A program made the position numbers and the translations under genes. Under the pieces are notes generated by a model. That model searched no databases, had not been told where the DNA came from, and saw only the letters and a program-made list of their open reading frames with translations. This document shows, piece after piece, positions 8,198 through 16,924 of a stretch of 43,636 bases of DNA (positions are counted from its first letter, which is position 1; every line of letters starts with the position of its first letter). Origin of the DNA: a virus (taxonomy: Duplodnaviria; Caudoviricetes); the IMG/VR virus record IMGVR_UViG_3300048592_000242, positions 1 to 43,636 of that record. One strand, 5' to 3'.

Positions 8198-8667
8198 TCG
8201 CCGGGGCGGCCATCTGGGCTGGCGTCAAGACCGCGGCGGGGGCGGCCCACAAGGTGGCAGCGGCGATTCCCCTGCGCGTCTGGCTGGGGTTGCTGGGCGC
8301 GGTGCTGGCGTTCGCGTTCATCTGGTGGGTCTACGCCGAGGGCAAGCAGGCTGGCCGTGCCGAAATGTCCGCGAAGCTGGCCAACGTAGAGTCCGCGCTG
8401 GCGCTGGCTCGCGCCGACAATGAATCGAACCAGGACGCGATCGCACGACTGGTGAAAGCAAACCTCGAACTCGCGGAAGGGCGAGCCGTGGACCAGGAGG
8501 CCGCGCGGGAAGCGGTGGCCCAGGCAGAAAGGGAGCGCGACGCCCTGGCTGCTGATCTGGCGAAGCGTCGCAAAGAACGAGGGGAAGTGTATGACCGCGA
8601 TCCAAGTGCTGCAGCGTGGGGCCGTGAGCGTGTGCCTGACGGCATCCTTGCTGGCCTGCGCGAATAA
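8194..8667 (+). CDS. Inner-membrane spanin (Rz-like)
   Basis: N-terminal TM, Ala-rich coiled coil, C-terminal W...RVPD; overlaps a lipoprotein gene. Confidence 0.8.
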   Translation: MIAGAAIWAGVKTAAGAAHKVAAAIPLRVWLGLLGAVLAFAFIWWVYAEGKQAGRAEMSAKLANVESALALARADNESNQDAIARLVKANLELAEGRAVDQEAAREAVAQAERERDALAADLAKRRKERGEVYDRDPSAAAWGRERVPDGILAGLRE

Positions 8668-8887
8668 GGGAACGACGAAAACCGAAACCGTCGAGATCCG
8701 CGTGCCGGTGTATGTGCCGGTGCCTGCTGAATTGACGCGGGAGGTGGCCGAGCCTCGGCTGGCCGACAAGCCGACGAACGCTGACCTGGCCGACTGGGCC
8801 GACGCCCTGCGCGCGGCGCTGCGTGAGGCGAACGGGAAGTTGCGCGAGGTGGCGGGGTTGCAGCCGGAGCAGGATGCGGGGAAATGA
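8591..8887 (+). CDS. Outer-membrane spanin lipoprotein (Rz1-like)
   Basis: Lipobox LLAC, Pro-rich VPVYVPVPAELT, overlaps Rz. Confidence 0.8.
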   Translation: MTAIQVLQRGAVSVCLTASLLACANKGTTKTETVEIRVPVYVPVPAELTREVAEPRLADKPTNADLADWADALRAALREANGKLREVAGLQPEQDAGK

Positions 8888-9393
8888 GCCGGGTCGAAAA
8901 GATCGGGTCGGCCACCCTCTACCTGGGCGTAGCTACGTGCCGGGCCTGTCTGTTCGCGTGGAAGCCAGCGGGCGACCGGACAACTGAGAAGTGCCCCTCC
9001 TGCGGCAAGCGCCGAGACGTTCGGAAGCGCGCACACACACCAAACGTTGCCGGTCTCAAGGAGTGGCGCGCAAAGAATCCAGGCTACGCCACCGAGAAGT
9101 CCCGGCAATACCGGAAAATCGCCCTGAGAGTCATTGGCGGCGGGGTTGTCGCCTGCGCTGAGTGCGGCTGCGACGACGAGCGCCTTCTGGAAATCAACCA
9201 CAAGGACGGCGGAGGCGGGAAGGAGATGCGCGCCAAGACCAGTCCGCGCTTCTATCGGGATATTGCCCGACTGGTCCGCCCAGCAACCGACCTCAACCTG
9301 CTGTGCCGCGTGTGCAACGCAGCACACTACCTCGAAAGCAAATACGGCGACTTGCCGTTTCTCATCGTGTGGGGTGCCCGCCGTGTCCGTTGA
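8884..9393 (+). CDS. Zn-finger/HNH-like endonuclease with a methylase-like first 15 aa
   Basis: CxxC motifs, LEINHKDGGG...NLLCRVCNAAH. Confidence 0.7.
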   Translation: MSRVEKIGSATLYLGVATCRACLFAWKPAGDRTTEKCPSCGKRRDVRKRAHTPNVAGLKEWRAKNPGYATEKSRQYRKIALRVIGGGVVACAECGCDDERLLEINHKDGGGGKEMRAKTSPRFYRDIARLVRPATDLNLLCRVCNAAHYLESKYGDLPFLIVWGARRVR

Positions 9394-10165
9394 AAAAGTG
9401 GTGATCGGAAACGCGACCCTTTACAGGGGTGATTGCATGGAAGTTTTGCCCACGCTCCCGAAGGTGGACGCGGTGATTACTTCGCCGCCCTACAACTTGG
9501 GCGGCAGGCCGTGGGCCAACCTGGGCAACTGGAAGCAGGGCGATTCGGCGGGCGGCAAAAGCAAGTGGCGCAACGGGAGCGACGGCGGCGCGGGCGTCCA
9601 GTATGAAACTCACTCGGACGCGATGCCGTGGGCCGAATATGTGGCGTGGCAGCAGGAAGTTCTGTCGATGCTGTGGGCGCTGCTCAATGATCGCGGCTGC
9701 ATCTTCTACAACCACAAGCCCCGCGTGATCGGCGCGAGGCTGTGGACGCCGCAAGAGCTTATCCCCGACTGCGTGATTACGCGCCAGATCATCATTTGGG
9801 CGCGGCCGGGCGGCATGAACTTCAACGCCACCGCATTCCTGCCGACCCATGAATGGGTGATGCTGCTTGCCAAGCCTGACTTTCGGCTTAGGTCGCGGGC
9901 TGCTTCTGGCCTTGGTGACGTTTGGAGCATGGCCCCGGATCGGAACGAGCACCCTGCTCCGTTCCCTGTCGCGCTGCCAGAAAAGGCGCTGGAAACGATA
10001 GACGCGCCAACGGTGCTAGATCCATTCATGGGTAGCGGAACAACCGGCGTTGCCGCACACAGGCAGGGGCGCGCTTTCATTGGCTGCGAAATCAGCCCCG
10101 CCTATTTCGACATCGCCTGCCGCCGCATAGAGGACGCGCAGCGGCAGGGGAGGTTGGTGCCATGA
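9383..10165 (+). CDS. Orphan N4/N6 DNA methyltransferase (beta class)
   Basis: TLYRGDC, ITSPPY, HPAPFP, VLDPFMGSGTTGVAA, IGCEI. Confidence 0.93.
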   Translation: MSVEKVVIGNATLYRGDCMEVLPTLPKVDAVITSPPYNLGGRPWANLGNWKQGDSAGGKSKWRNGSDGGAGVQYETHSDAMPWAEYVAWQQEVLSMLWALLNDRGCIFYNHKPRVIGARLWTPQELIPDCVITRQIIIWARPGGMNFNATAFLPTHEWVMLLAKPDFRLRSRAASGLGDVWSMAPDRNEHPAPFPVALPEKALETIDAPTVLDPFMGSGTTGVAAHRQGRAFIGCEISPAYFDIACRRIEDAQRQGRLVP

Positions 10166-11547
10166 CCGTATCCCTCCGCGACTACCAATCCGCCAACATC
10201 GACGAAATCCGCCAGCTACAACTCGGCGGCGAGAAGTCGGTCTTGTGGCAACTCCCGACCGGCGGCGGCAAGACGGCCGGCGCGACGTACATGGCAGGCC
10301 GGGCCGCCCAGCGTGGGCGCCGGGTCTGGTTCGTGTGCCACCGCAAGGAGCTGCTGCGCCAGTCGAGCGAGGCATTCACCGACGCCGGCATCCGGCACGG
10401 CTTCGTCGCGGCTGACGCGCTGTACGACCGGCGCCTGCCTGTCCATATCTGCGGGATCGACACCCTGCGCCGCCGGCTGGACCGCGTGGCCGAGCCAGAC
10501 CTGATTATCTGGGACGAGTGCCATCACATGGCCGCGGCGTCGTGGTCGGCCGTCTTTTCGCGGTTCCCGAAAGCCCGGCACGTCGGCCTGTCGGCCACGC
10601 CCGAGCGTCTGGACGGCAAGGGGTTGGGCGAGTTCTTCGGGGCGATGGTCCTCGGCCCGTCCACGGCCGACCTGATCGAGCGCGGCTACCTCTCCCCGTA
10701 CCGCCTGTTCGCGCCGGCCACGCAGATCGACCTGTCGGGCGTTCACATGCAGGCCGGCGACTACAACCGCAAGGAACTGTCTGCGGTGATGTCCAAGCCG
10801 TCCATTGTCGGCGACGCGGTGAACCACTACCTGCAGCGCGCGGCGGGCCGTAGCACGCTCCTGTTCGCCCATTCGGTGGAGTTCTCGGAACAGATGGCGG
10901 CCAGGTTCCGCGATGCCGGGATTCCGGCCGTGCATGTGGATGCCAAGACCGACGGGGCGTTCCGGTATCAGGCCATCAAGGATTTAGAGAACGGCCATCT
11001 CAAGGTGTTGTGCAACGTGGACCTGTTCGGCGAGGGCGTGTCGGTGAACAACGTGGCCTGCGTGATCCAGATGCGGCCGACGCAATCGCTGTCGCTGCAC
11101 CTGCAGCAGATCGGGCGCGGGCTTCGCATGTCGCCGGGGAAATCGGACTGCATCATTCTTGACCCGTGCGGGAACTCGGGGCGGCATGGCCTGCCGGATG
11201 ATCCGCGCGAGTGGAGTCTGCTGGGTCGGCAGGGGGCGAGGAAGAAGTCGGATGGTGGGGATGCGTGCCGCCAGTGCCCCGCTTGCTATGCGATAAGCCC
11301 GGCCGCCGCGTCCAAGTGCCGCGACTGTGGAAAGCCGTTCCCGATAAAGGCGCGCGAGATCGAGGAAGTGGCCGGCCAGCTTTCCGAGGTCGAGGTGGCC
11401 AGGGCGAAGCGGCAGGCCGCGAAAGACCAGGCCGCTGCCGAGACGTTGGAGGATTTGATTCGTCTCGGGCAGGCGCGCAATATGAAGAATCCGGCGGGAT
11501 GGGCCCGCCATGTTATTCAGGCCAGACAGGCCAAGGGGAGAGTATGA
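10162..11547 (+). CDS. Superfamily 2 (DExH) helicase with C-terminal Zn ribbon
   Basis: LRDYQ, LPTGGGKT, DECHH, LSATP, QQIGRGLR, CPAC/CRDC. Confidence 0.95.
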   Translation: MTVSLRDYQSANIDEIRQLQLGGEKSVLWQLPTGGGKTAGATYMAGRAAQRGRRVWFVCHRKELLRQSSEAFTDAGIRHGFVAADALYDRRLPVHICGIDTLRRRLDRVAEPDLIIWDECHHMAAASWSAVFSRFPKARHVGLSATPERLDGKGLGEFFGAMVLGPSTADLIERGYLSPYRLFAPATQIDLSGVHMQAGDYNRKELSAVMSKPSIVGDAVNHYLQRAAGRSTLLFAHSVEFSEQMAARFRDAGIPAVHVDAKTDGAFRYQAIKDLENGHLKVLCNVDLFGEGVSVNNVACVIQMRPTQSLSLHLQQIGRGLRMSPGKSDCIILDPCGNSGRHGLPDDPREWSLLGRQGARKKSDGGDACRQCPACYAISPAAASKCRDCGKPFPIKAREIEEVAGQLSEVEVARAKRQAAKDQAAAETLEDLIRLGQARNMKNPAGWARHVIQARQAKGRV

Positions 11548-11783
11548 GCATCGTGTGGAAACCCGTATGTGCGACCATGCTGCAATCGGACGATACCGTG
11601 TACCAGATCAGCCGGACGCCGAAAGCGGAAGGCGGGCGCCTGATCTATCGCGCGTGGCATCGCAAGTCGAACCGCATCCTGGCCGCGGTCGAGTGCGCCG
11701 ACGAGGTGGGCGACCGGGCCGCGGCGACGCGGGATTGTAAGGATGCGTGTGAACTTGATGCGCGGGGCGAGGTGCCGGCGTAG
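11544..11783 (+). CDS. Hypothetical protein
   Basis: ATGA overlap; GGGGAG RBS. Confidence 0.7.
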   Translation: MSIVWKPVCATMLQSDDTVYQISRTPKAEGGRLIYRAWHRKSNRILAAVECADEVGDRAAATRDCKDACELDARGEVPA

Positions 11784-12172
11784 TGTCCGGCCCGATGAAG
11801 GAATCCGAGTTGCAGCGAAAAATCCTGCTGGCCTGCAGCCGCGGGCCAACGCGCCTATTTCGCCAGAACGTCGGCGTCGGATTCGTCGGCCAGTCGGAAC
11901 GGTTTGACCGGCCAGGCATCGTGACCGTGCAGCCGGGCGACGTGCTGATCCGCAATGCGCGCCCGTTCCATGCCGGCGTGACTGGCATGGCCGACCTTGG
12001 CGGCTGGACCACGCGCAACGGGGTCGCTGTCTATACGGCTGTCGAGGTCAAGACCGCAACCGGCCGCCTATCCCCCGAGCAGCGCAATTTCCGCGACCAG
12101 GTGCTGGCGGCCGGCGGGATAGCTGGCGAGGTCCGGTCGGTGGAGGATGCCGAGGCGTTGTTGCGCGGATAG
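11783..12172 (+). CDS. VRR-NUC nuclease
   Basis: ESELQRKI, GMADLGG, AVEVKTATGRLSPEQ, GGIAGEVRSVEDA. Confidence 0.92.
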   Translation: MSGPMKESELQRKILLACSRGPTRLFRQNVGVGFVGQSERFDRPGIVTVQPGDVLIRNARPFHAGVTGMADLGGWTTRNGVAVYTAVEVKTATGRLSPEQRNFRDQVLAAGGIAGEVRSVEDAEALLRG

Positions 12173-12215
12173 AACGCCGGGCCGGGTCACGGGCGAAAAT
12201 AGTTTGTCCGTGATG

Positions 12216-12241
12216 GTTGCGTTTCCCGCAACACTTGACGG
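12216..12241. promoter_or_regulatory. Operator copy 3 overlapping the AACACTTGACGG motif, upstream of the small-gene operon
   Basis: gttgcg tttcc cgcaac acttgacgg. Confidence 0.75.
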
Positions 12242-12287
12242 ATACTTGTCGCACGGCCGAAGGGGCCGCCTGACCGAGTAAGCCAGA

Positions 12288-12818
12288 ATGAAGATCACGA
12301 TGGAGTTCCACGCTTCCGAACTGAATGCCGCGATGCTGGCGGCGTTGAACGTTTTGCTGGTCGAGGACAAGCGCGAGGAAATGCGCGGCCTGGGCGCCGA
12401 CGAGGGCGTGGCCGAACTTCCCGGCGACGGCGCTGCGTTCGGCGAAGTGTGGGGCGTGCCGACCGACGAGACGCTGACCGCCTCCGAGATGGCCGCCCGC
12501 GCTGACGCCGCCGACGCGCGCGTGGTGGGCGACTGGACTGCGCCGCGGGCCAAGGCCGGCATGGCGGTCCCCTGCGACCCCGTTACGATGGAGCCGCTGC
12601 CGATCAAGCGTTCCGAGGTGGTGCTGCAGGTGGGGGACGTGGTGGAATTCAATGACGGCAAAACTGGTGTCGTCTGCACGGTGGGAGATCACGGCCAGCA
12701 ACCGTGCTGGACCGAAGGCGCGTACTGCACCACGCGCGACGGCATCGCCATCGGCACAGGCGGCGAGGTCGCCCGCGTCATCTCCGTCAGCACCCGCCCC
12801 ATCATCGAGGACAACTGA
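12288..12818 (+). CDS. Hypothetical protein
   Basis: First ORF after operator; codon pattern matches genome. Confidence 0.7.
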   Translation: MKITMEFHASELNAAMLAALNVLLVEDKREEMRGLGADEGVAELPGDGAAFGEVWGVPTDETLTASEMAARADAADARVVGDWTAPRAKAGMAVPCDPVTMEPLPIKRSEVVLQVGDVVEFNDGKTGVVCTVGDHGQQPCWTEGAYCTTRDGIAIGTGGEVARVISVSTRPIIEDN

Positions 12819-12819
12819 C

Positions 12820-13014
12820 ATGCGCCAGCCGACCCCGCACCGTCCCGAGTTCAAGATCAACGACGACAATCTGTCCTACGTCCACCGGGCGCTGCTCGAG
12901 GCCGAATACATGGCGCTGCGCGAACGCCGCAACACGCGGACCGGGATCGTGTTCATGGCCGGCCTGTTCGTCGGGATCGCCGTGACTGGCTTGATCGTGT
13001 TGTGGCCGCTGTGA
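12820..13014 (+). CDS. Small membrane-anchored hypothetical protein
   Basis: GAGG RBS; C-terminal TM. Confidence 0.7.
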   Translation: MRQPTPHRPEFKINDDNLSYVHRALLEAEYMALRERRNTRTGIVFMAGLFVGIAVTGLIVLWPL

Positions 13015-13036
13015 GCGCCCAGGAAAGGAGAATCGA

Positions 13037-13249
13037 ATGAACCTGTCGCCTGACGAGCAGTACGACCTTGACGCCCGCGTGGAAGCGGCCCGCGACAAGC
13101 TGTTCCACGACCGCGACCGCCTGCTGGCGATTTACGCCAGTTTCGACACGGATGTTCTGTATTACCGGCTGACCGGCGAGTTCCATTCGGATTACTTCGA
13201 TTCGCTGGACATCGACGCGCTGGAAAAAGTAGCGGGGATTTCGTCGTGA
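13037..13249 (+). CDS. Small acidic hypothetical protein
   Basis: Strong AAGGAG RBS. Confidence 0.8.
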   Translation: MNLSPDEQYDLDARVEAARDKLFHDRDRLLAIYASFDTDVLYYRLTGEFHSDYFDSLDIDALEKVAGISS

Positions 13250-13512
13250 TCGGCGCCGCGCTGGCGCTCTTGGGCTCGGCCCTCGTGATCCGATTCCTTG
13301 CCTGGATGTGCAAGCCCGTCCAGTTCCACGACCTGACGCGTCCCGGCTCGTATCTGGACCAGGTGACGCGCGAGCGCGATAACTCGCTGGCGCTGGCCGG
13401 GTACGCCGCCCGCATGGAGGCCCGCGGGCTGGCGCCTGTTCGGCGGGTCGTGTGCAGGCCAGATCCGGCGCAGATCGCCGACTGGGAGAATGACGGGGGT
13501 GCGATCGCATGA
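13246..13512 (+). CDS. Hypothetical protein
   Basis: GTGA coupling; hydrophobic N-terminus. Confidence 0.65.
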   Translation: MIGAALALLGSALVIRFLAWMCKPVQFHDLTRPGSYLDQVTRERDNSLALAGYAARMEARGLAPVRRVVCRPDPAQIADWENDGGAIA

Positions 13513-13700
13513 GCGCCCGCCCGGTATTGACCTGCGCCAAGTGCGGCTCGGAACTGCCCGTCCACCACTTCCCCGGCGCCCACCCGGAATGGCAGGCGGT
13601 GTTTACCTGGCGCGATGGCGTGCGCGTGTGCGCCGACCCCTGCGTGACGGTATCGGCCCCGCAGCCTATCAACCCGCCGAGTGCGGAAACTGGAGATTAA
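13509..13700 (+). CDS. Small Cys-containing hypothetical protein
   Basis: ATGA coupling; CAKC motif. Confidence 0.65.
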   Translation: MSARPVLTCAKCGSELPVHHFPGAHPEWQAVFTWRDGVRVCADPCVTVSAPQPINPPSAETGD

Positions 13701-14341
13701 TGATGAGAGTCCGCAGAGAAAAAGGGTTGATCCAATTCTTCGACAACGGGCCGATGCACTACGGCGAAATCGCCTACATCGTCACCCGCCCCGGTGGCTT
13801 GCAGGCCGAGATTGAGTTCCCGTCCGACTGGCACGAAACGGCGCGGGGCTGGGTCCGGCTGGGTTTCGGCCTGTTCAAGGTGGCGTTTTCCTTCCCGTGG
13901 TCGAAGGTGGTCCCCGACGAATACCAGTGCAGCGGACCGCGCTACGGTTTCACGTTCTTTGACACTTCCCTGCATCTGCATTGGGGCAAGGACACCGGCC
14001 GCCGCACCGACCCCAGCAAGGTGATTGATATGCCTTGGGCGTGGCGGCACAAGGAGCATCGCATCCTGTCCGAAAAGGAAACGCACCCCTACCGCTACGT
14101 CCTGCGGAGCGGCGAAGCCCAGGAGCGCACGGCCACCATCAACGCCGAACAGCGCACATGGGTTCGCCCCTGGCTTCCGTGGAAGCTGGTGCGCAAGTCC
14201 ATCAACATCACTTTCAGCGATGAAGTTGGCGAGCGCAGCGGGTCGTGGAAAGGCGGCTGCATTGGTTGCAGCTACGAAATGAAACCCGGCGAAACCCCGC
14301 TGGAAACGCTGCGCCGCATGGAACGGGAGAGGAAGTTTTGA
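13700..14341 (+). CDS. Hypothetical protein, Trp-rich
   Basis: TAATG overlap; GGAG RBS. Confidence 0.75.
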   Translation: MMRVRREKGLIQFFDNGPMHYGEIAYIVTRPGGLQAEIEFPSDWHETARGWVRLGFGLFKVAFSFPWSKVVPDEYQCSGPRYGFTFFDTSLHLHWGKDTGRRTDPSKVIDMPWAWRHKEHRILSEKETHPYRYVLRSGEAQERTATINAEQRTWVRPWLPWKLVRKSINITFSDEVGERSGSWKGGCIGCSYEMKPGETPLETLRRMERERKF

Positions 14342-14352
14342 ACGCCAACCCC

Positions 14353-14673
14353 ATGACCACAAAGGAACTGCTGGCGCTGGTGGAACGGTGGCGGGATACG
14401 GAAGCCGCTGACCGTGAAATTTTGCACCACGGCGGCCTTGATGCGGAGGAACACAACTGGCACATGGCCAGCGCCGCGACGTTCAAACTGTGCGCCGACG
14501 AACTCGCCCCCATCGCCACCGCCCTGTGCGCCGAGGTGGAGGCGCTGCGGAAGGATGCGGAACGACTGGCCCGCGTGCTGGCCTTCCTGCAATCCGACAG
14601 CGCCGCCATCACGTTCCAAACGCTGCGCCAGTACCGGAACGCCGCCATAGACGCCGCCAAGGAGCCGAAATGA
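14353..14673 (+). CDS. Hypothetical protein
   Basis: In chain of coupled ORFs; C-terminal RNAAIDAA; start may be TTG 14338. Confidence 0.65.
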   Translation: MTTKELLALVERWRDTEAADREILHHGGLDAEEHNWHMASAATFKLCADELAPIATALCAEVEALRKDAERLARVLAFLQSDSAAITFQTLRQYRNAAIDAAKEPK

Positions 14674-14939
14674 ACACGAAGGTTGAGGAAGCGTTGGCGC
14701 TACTGGACGCCGAGGTTGCCGGTTGTGGGCGACTTGAGCCGGAGGACTGCGAAAACTGCGCCCGCATCAAGAAAGCCCGCACCACCCTCGCCGCCCACAT
14801 CGCCCAGCAGGACGCGACGATTGCGCGGATGCGGGATGCGTTGGAAGCCTGCATTGACTACGGAAGCATGACGGACGACGGCTGGGTGACAGACAAGGCC
14901 CGCGCCGCACTAAACCAGGAGAACGCAAATGGGACCTGA
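14670..14939 (+). CDS. Hypothetical protein
   Basis: AAGGAG RBS; ATGA overlap; ends KARAAL. Confidence 0.7.
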   Translation: MNTKVEEALALLDAEVAGCGRLEPEDCENCARIKKARTTLAAHIAQQDATIARMRDALEACIDYGSMTDDGWVTDKARAALNQENANGT

Positions 14940-15066
14940 CGCCGAATCGCTGTCGCTGGCTGATTTCATTCTGGCCGACAACCCGACGCTGACCATTGAC
15001 CGCTACACACTGGCCTATTCGGTTATGGCGTGGGCTGACAAACAAGAACAGGAGCCGTCCGCATGA
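14929..15066 (+). CDS. 45-aa hypothetical protein (not in ORF track)
   Basis: AGGAG RBS; MGPDAESLSL...; fills the gap and overlaps the next ATG. Confidence 0.6.
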   Translation: MGPDAESLSLADFILADNPTLTIDRYTLAYSVMAWADKQEQEPSA

Positions 15067-15389
15067 CCCCCATGACGAGAGAGGCAGCGCGGGAAGTGTT
15101 GTCGGCGCATCAGCTATGGCGGCGCGGCGGTGACGGCCCGCAGACCGACCCGCTGATTCTTGGCCAAGCCCTCGACCTCGCCATCGCGGCGCTGGGCGGT
15201 GGGGAGGCGGTGGATATCCCTGAAGCCGTGTTGGACGATGCCAGCGGCAAGTTCGACATCAACCTGCGCGGCGTCACGCTTACCACTAGCAGGGAAGCTG
15301 CGGCCATGTGGAACCTGCTGCGCCAGCTGGTGCTTGACGGTAACTTCCACCCCCTTCCCGCCCCGCCAAAAGGAGAGAGCCATGAGTAA
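15063..15389 (+). CDS. Hypothetical protein
   Basis: AGGAG RBS; ATGA coupling; HQLWRRGG motif. Confidence 0.7.
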   Translation: MTPMTREAAREVLSAHQLWRRGGDGPQTDPLILGQALDLAIAALGGGEAVDIPEAVLDDASGKFDINLRGVTLTTSREAAAMWNLLRQLVLDGNFHPLPAPPKGESHE

Positions 15390-15693
15390 CGGCATTAGCA
15401 TCAAGAAGGAAGCCAACGAGTCGCCGGACTACAAGAAGCCTCACGCCAGCGAACTGGCCGATAGGTGCGCCGGCATTGCCCGTTGCATGACCTACAACGA
15501 AACGGAAACCGAATCCGCAGCCAAGCACACGCTGCGCGAGGCGTCCTATTTCATTGATAGCGAGATTGTCCGGCTGCACAAGAAGCGCGACGGCCTTCTG
15601 GCGATCAACGCACGGGGCAAGTCCCGATTCCTGACGCTGCGCGAACGGCTGGCGGTTTGGCTGCTGCGCGGCAAGACGGAGATTCGGCCATGA
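15382..15693 (+). CDS. Hypothetical protein
   Basis: AAGGAG RBS; coupled to neighbours. Confidence 0.7.
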   Translation: MSNGISIKKEANESPDYKKPHASELADRCAGIARCMTYNETETESAAKHTLREASYFIDSEIVRLHKKRDGLLAINARGKSRFLTLRERLAVWLLRGKTEIRP

Positions 15694-16346
15694 CCCCCAC
15701 CGACGCGGCAATCGCGCAGGCGAACGAACTGATGCCGTGTCCGTTTTGTGGTGGCGCGGCTGAACTTCACGAAGGCCAAAAGCACGGGCGCGGTTGGGCG
15801 CAGGCATCTTGCGCGGATTCGCTTTGCGGCACGTTCAAGTCTGGTATCGGCCGGACAAAGGAACTGCGCCAAGCCGAAGCCATCGCCGCCTGGAACCGCA
15901 GAGCCACCCCGCCCGAGTCCGGCGGGCAGGGGGAGAACGGGGTGCTGCACGTTGAATGCCGCCAATGCGATGAGTGCGGCCACGCCGGAATTGACGACAC
16001 CACTGATGCAACAGCCTGCAGCTACTGCGACTGGCGTGGCTCTGACCCCGGCGAGGACAAGTGCCCTGAATGCAACAGGGTCGGAACCATGACCTCCGGT
16101 TGCCCAAATTGCGGCGGCCGATACATCTTCCTTGCCGACGCCGACTTCTCCCACCCCCCGGCGCAGGCCAGCGCGGCGGTGACGGAGAGGGTGGCGAGGG
16201 CGATTGCCGCCGTGAACAACGGACACCCGGACCACACGCCGCAGCCGACCATTGACGCTTTCTGGGGCTTGCTCGATGCAGACCAGCAGGACCGTTACCG
16301 CCGCATGGCCCACGCAGCTATCGGCGCGATGGGGGGTGGGGAGTGA
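15690..16346 (+). CDS. Lar-like (restriction alleviation) Zn-ribbon protein with extra CxxC domain
   Basis: LMPCPFCGG...AIAAWNRR followed by CDEC, CSYC, CPEC, CPNC. Confidence 0.7.
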   Translation: MTPTDAAIAQANELMPCPFCGGAAELHEGQKHGRGWAQASCADSLCGTFKSGIGRTKELRQAEAIAAWNRRATPPESGGQGENGVLHVECRQCDECGHAGIDDTTDATACSYCDWRGSDPGEDKCPECNRVGTMTSGCPNCGGRYIFLADADFSHPPAQASAAVTERVARAIAAVNNGHPDHTPQPTIDAFWGLLDADQQDRYRRMAHAAIGAMGGGE

Positions 16347-16525
16347 ACCAGCCCGTCGTTCGACCAGGCTCCCGCGTCGTGGCCGAGATCCCGGCAGGCG
16401 CCAAAACCTTCCCTACCATTTACGAGGGCGCGCCCGCATGGATCGTGGCTCGCCCCGACTTCGCGCCCTACTATCTGTTGGCCGACGGGACGCGGCGCGA
16501 GATCGAAACGAGGCCCGCGACATGA
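16343..16525 (+). CDS. Hypothetical protein
   Basis: GTGA/ATGA coupling on both sides. Confidence 0.65.
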   Translation: MNQPVVRPGSRVVAEIPAGAKTFPTIYEGAPAWIVARPDFAPYYLLADGTRREIETRPAT

Positions 16526-16809
16526 CCCGCGCCCAGTACGCCGACATCACGAAAAGCCAGCAGCGCGCCATCGACGCGTTCGACGTGGAGATACAGACAA
16601 TGCTCGTGCGCCTGCGGAACCTTGCGCCTGGCGCGACGCTGGATGTCTACATGACGCCGCTTCGCGTGTTGTATAGCAGGCAGCACCTGGGCGCGAAACT
16701 CGTGGGAACCTACAACGCCCGCGTGCCGCGCACCGATTTCTGGGACGACTGCCATGCCCTGACCCTCGAGCATGGCTGGGACATTCGGCCGGCTTGCCAA
16801 CCGGCCTAA
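16522..16809 (+). CDS. Hypothetical protein
   Basis: ATGA coupling; GAGG RBS. Confidence 0.65.
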   Translation: MTRAQYADITKSQQRAIDAFDVEIQTMLVRLRNLAPGATLDVYMTPLRVLYSRQHLGAKLVGTYNARVPRTDFWDDCHALTLEHGWDIRPACQPA

Positions 16810-16924
16810 TACGGGCAACACTTCACCGCCGGGACAGGGGGCGGCCACCCCTTGCACGAAACGGCGTGCCACGACGCGCACGACGAGCTAACCGGCACTT
16901 TTCCGATCATCGCATCACGTCCTC

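Noticed and set aside
8929-9430. Group I intron or intein in the methylase
   Set aside because: The insert is almost wholly coding with no room for a ribozyme core, has no intein termini and shifts frame; the downstream gene has its own start
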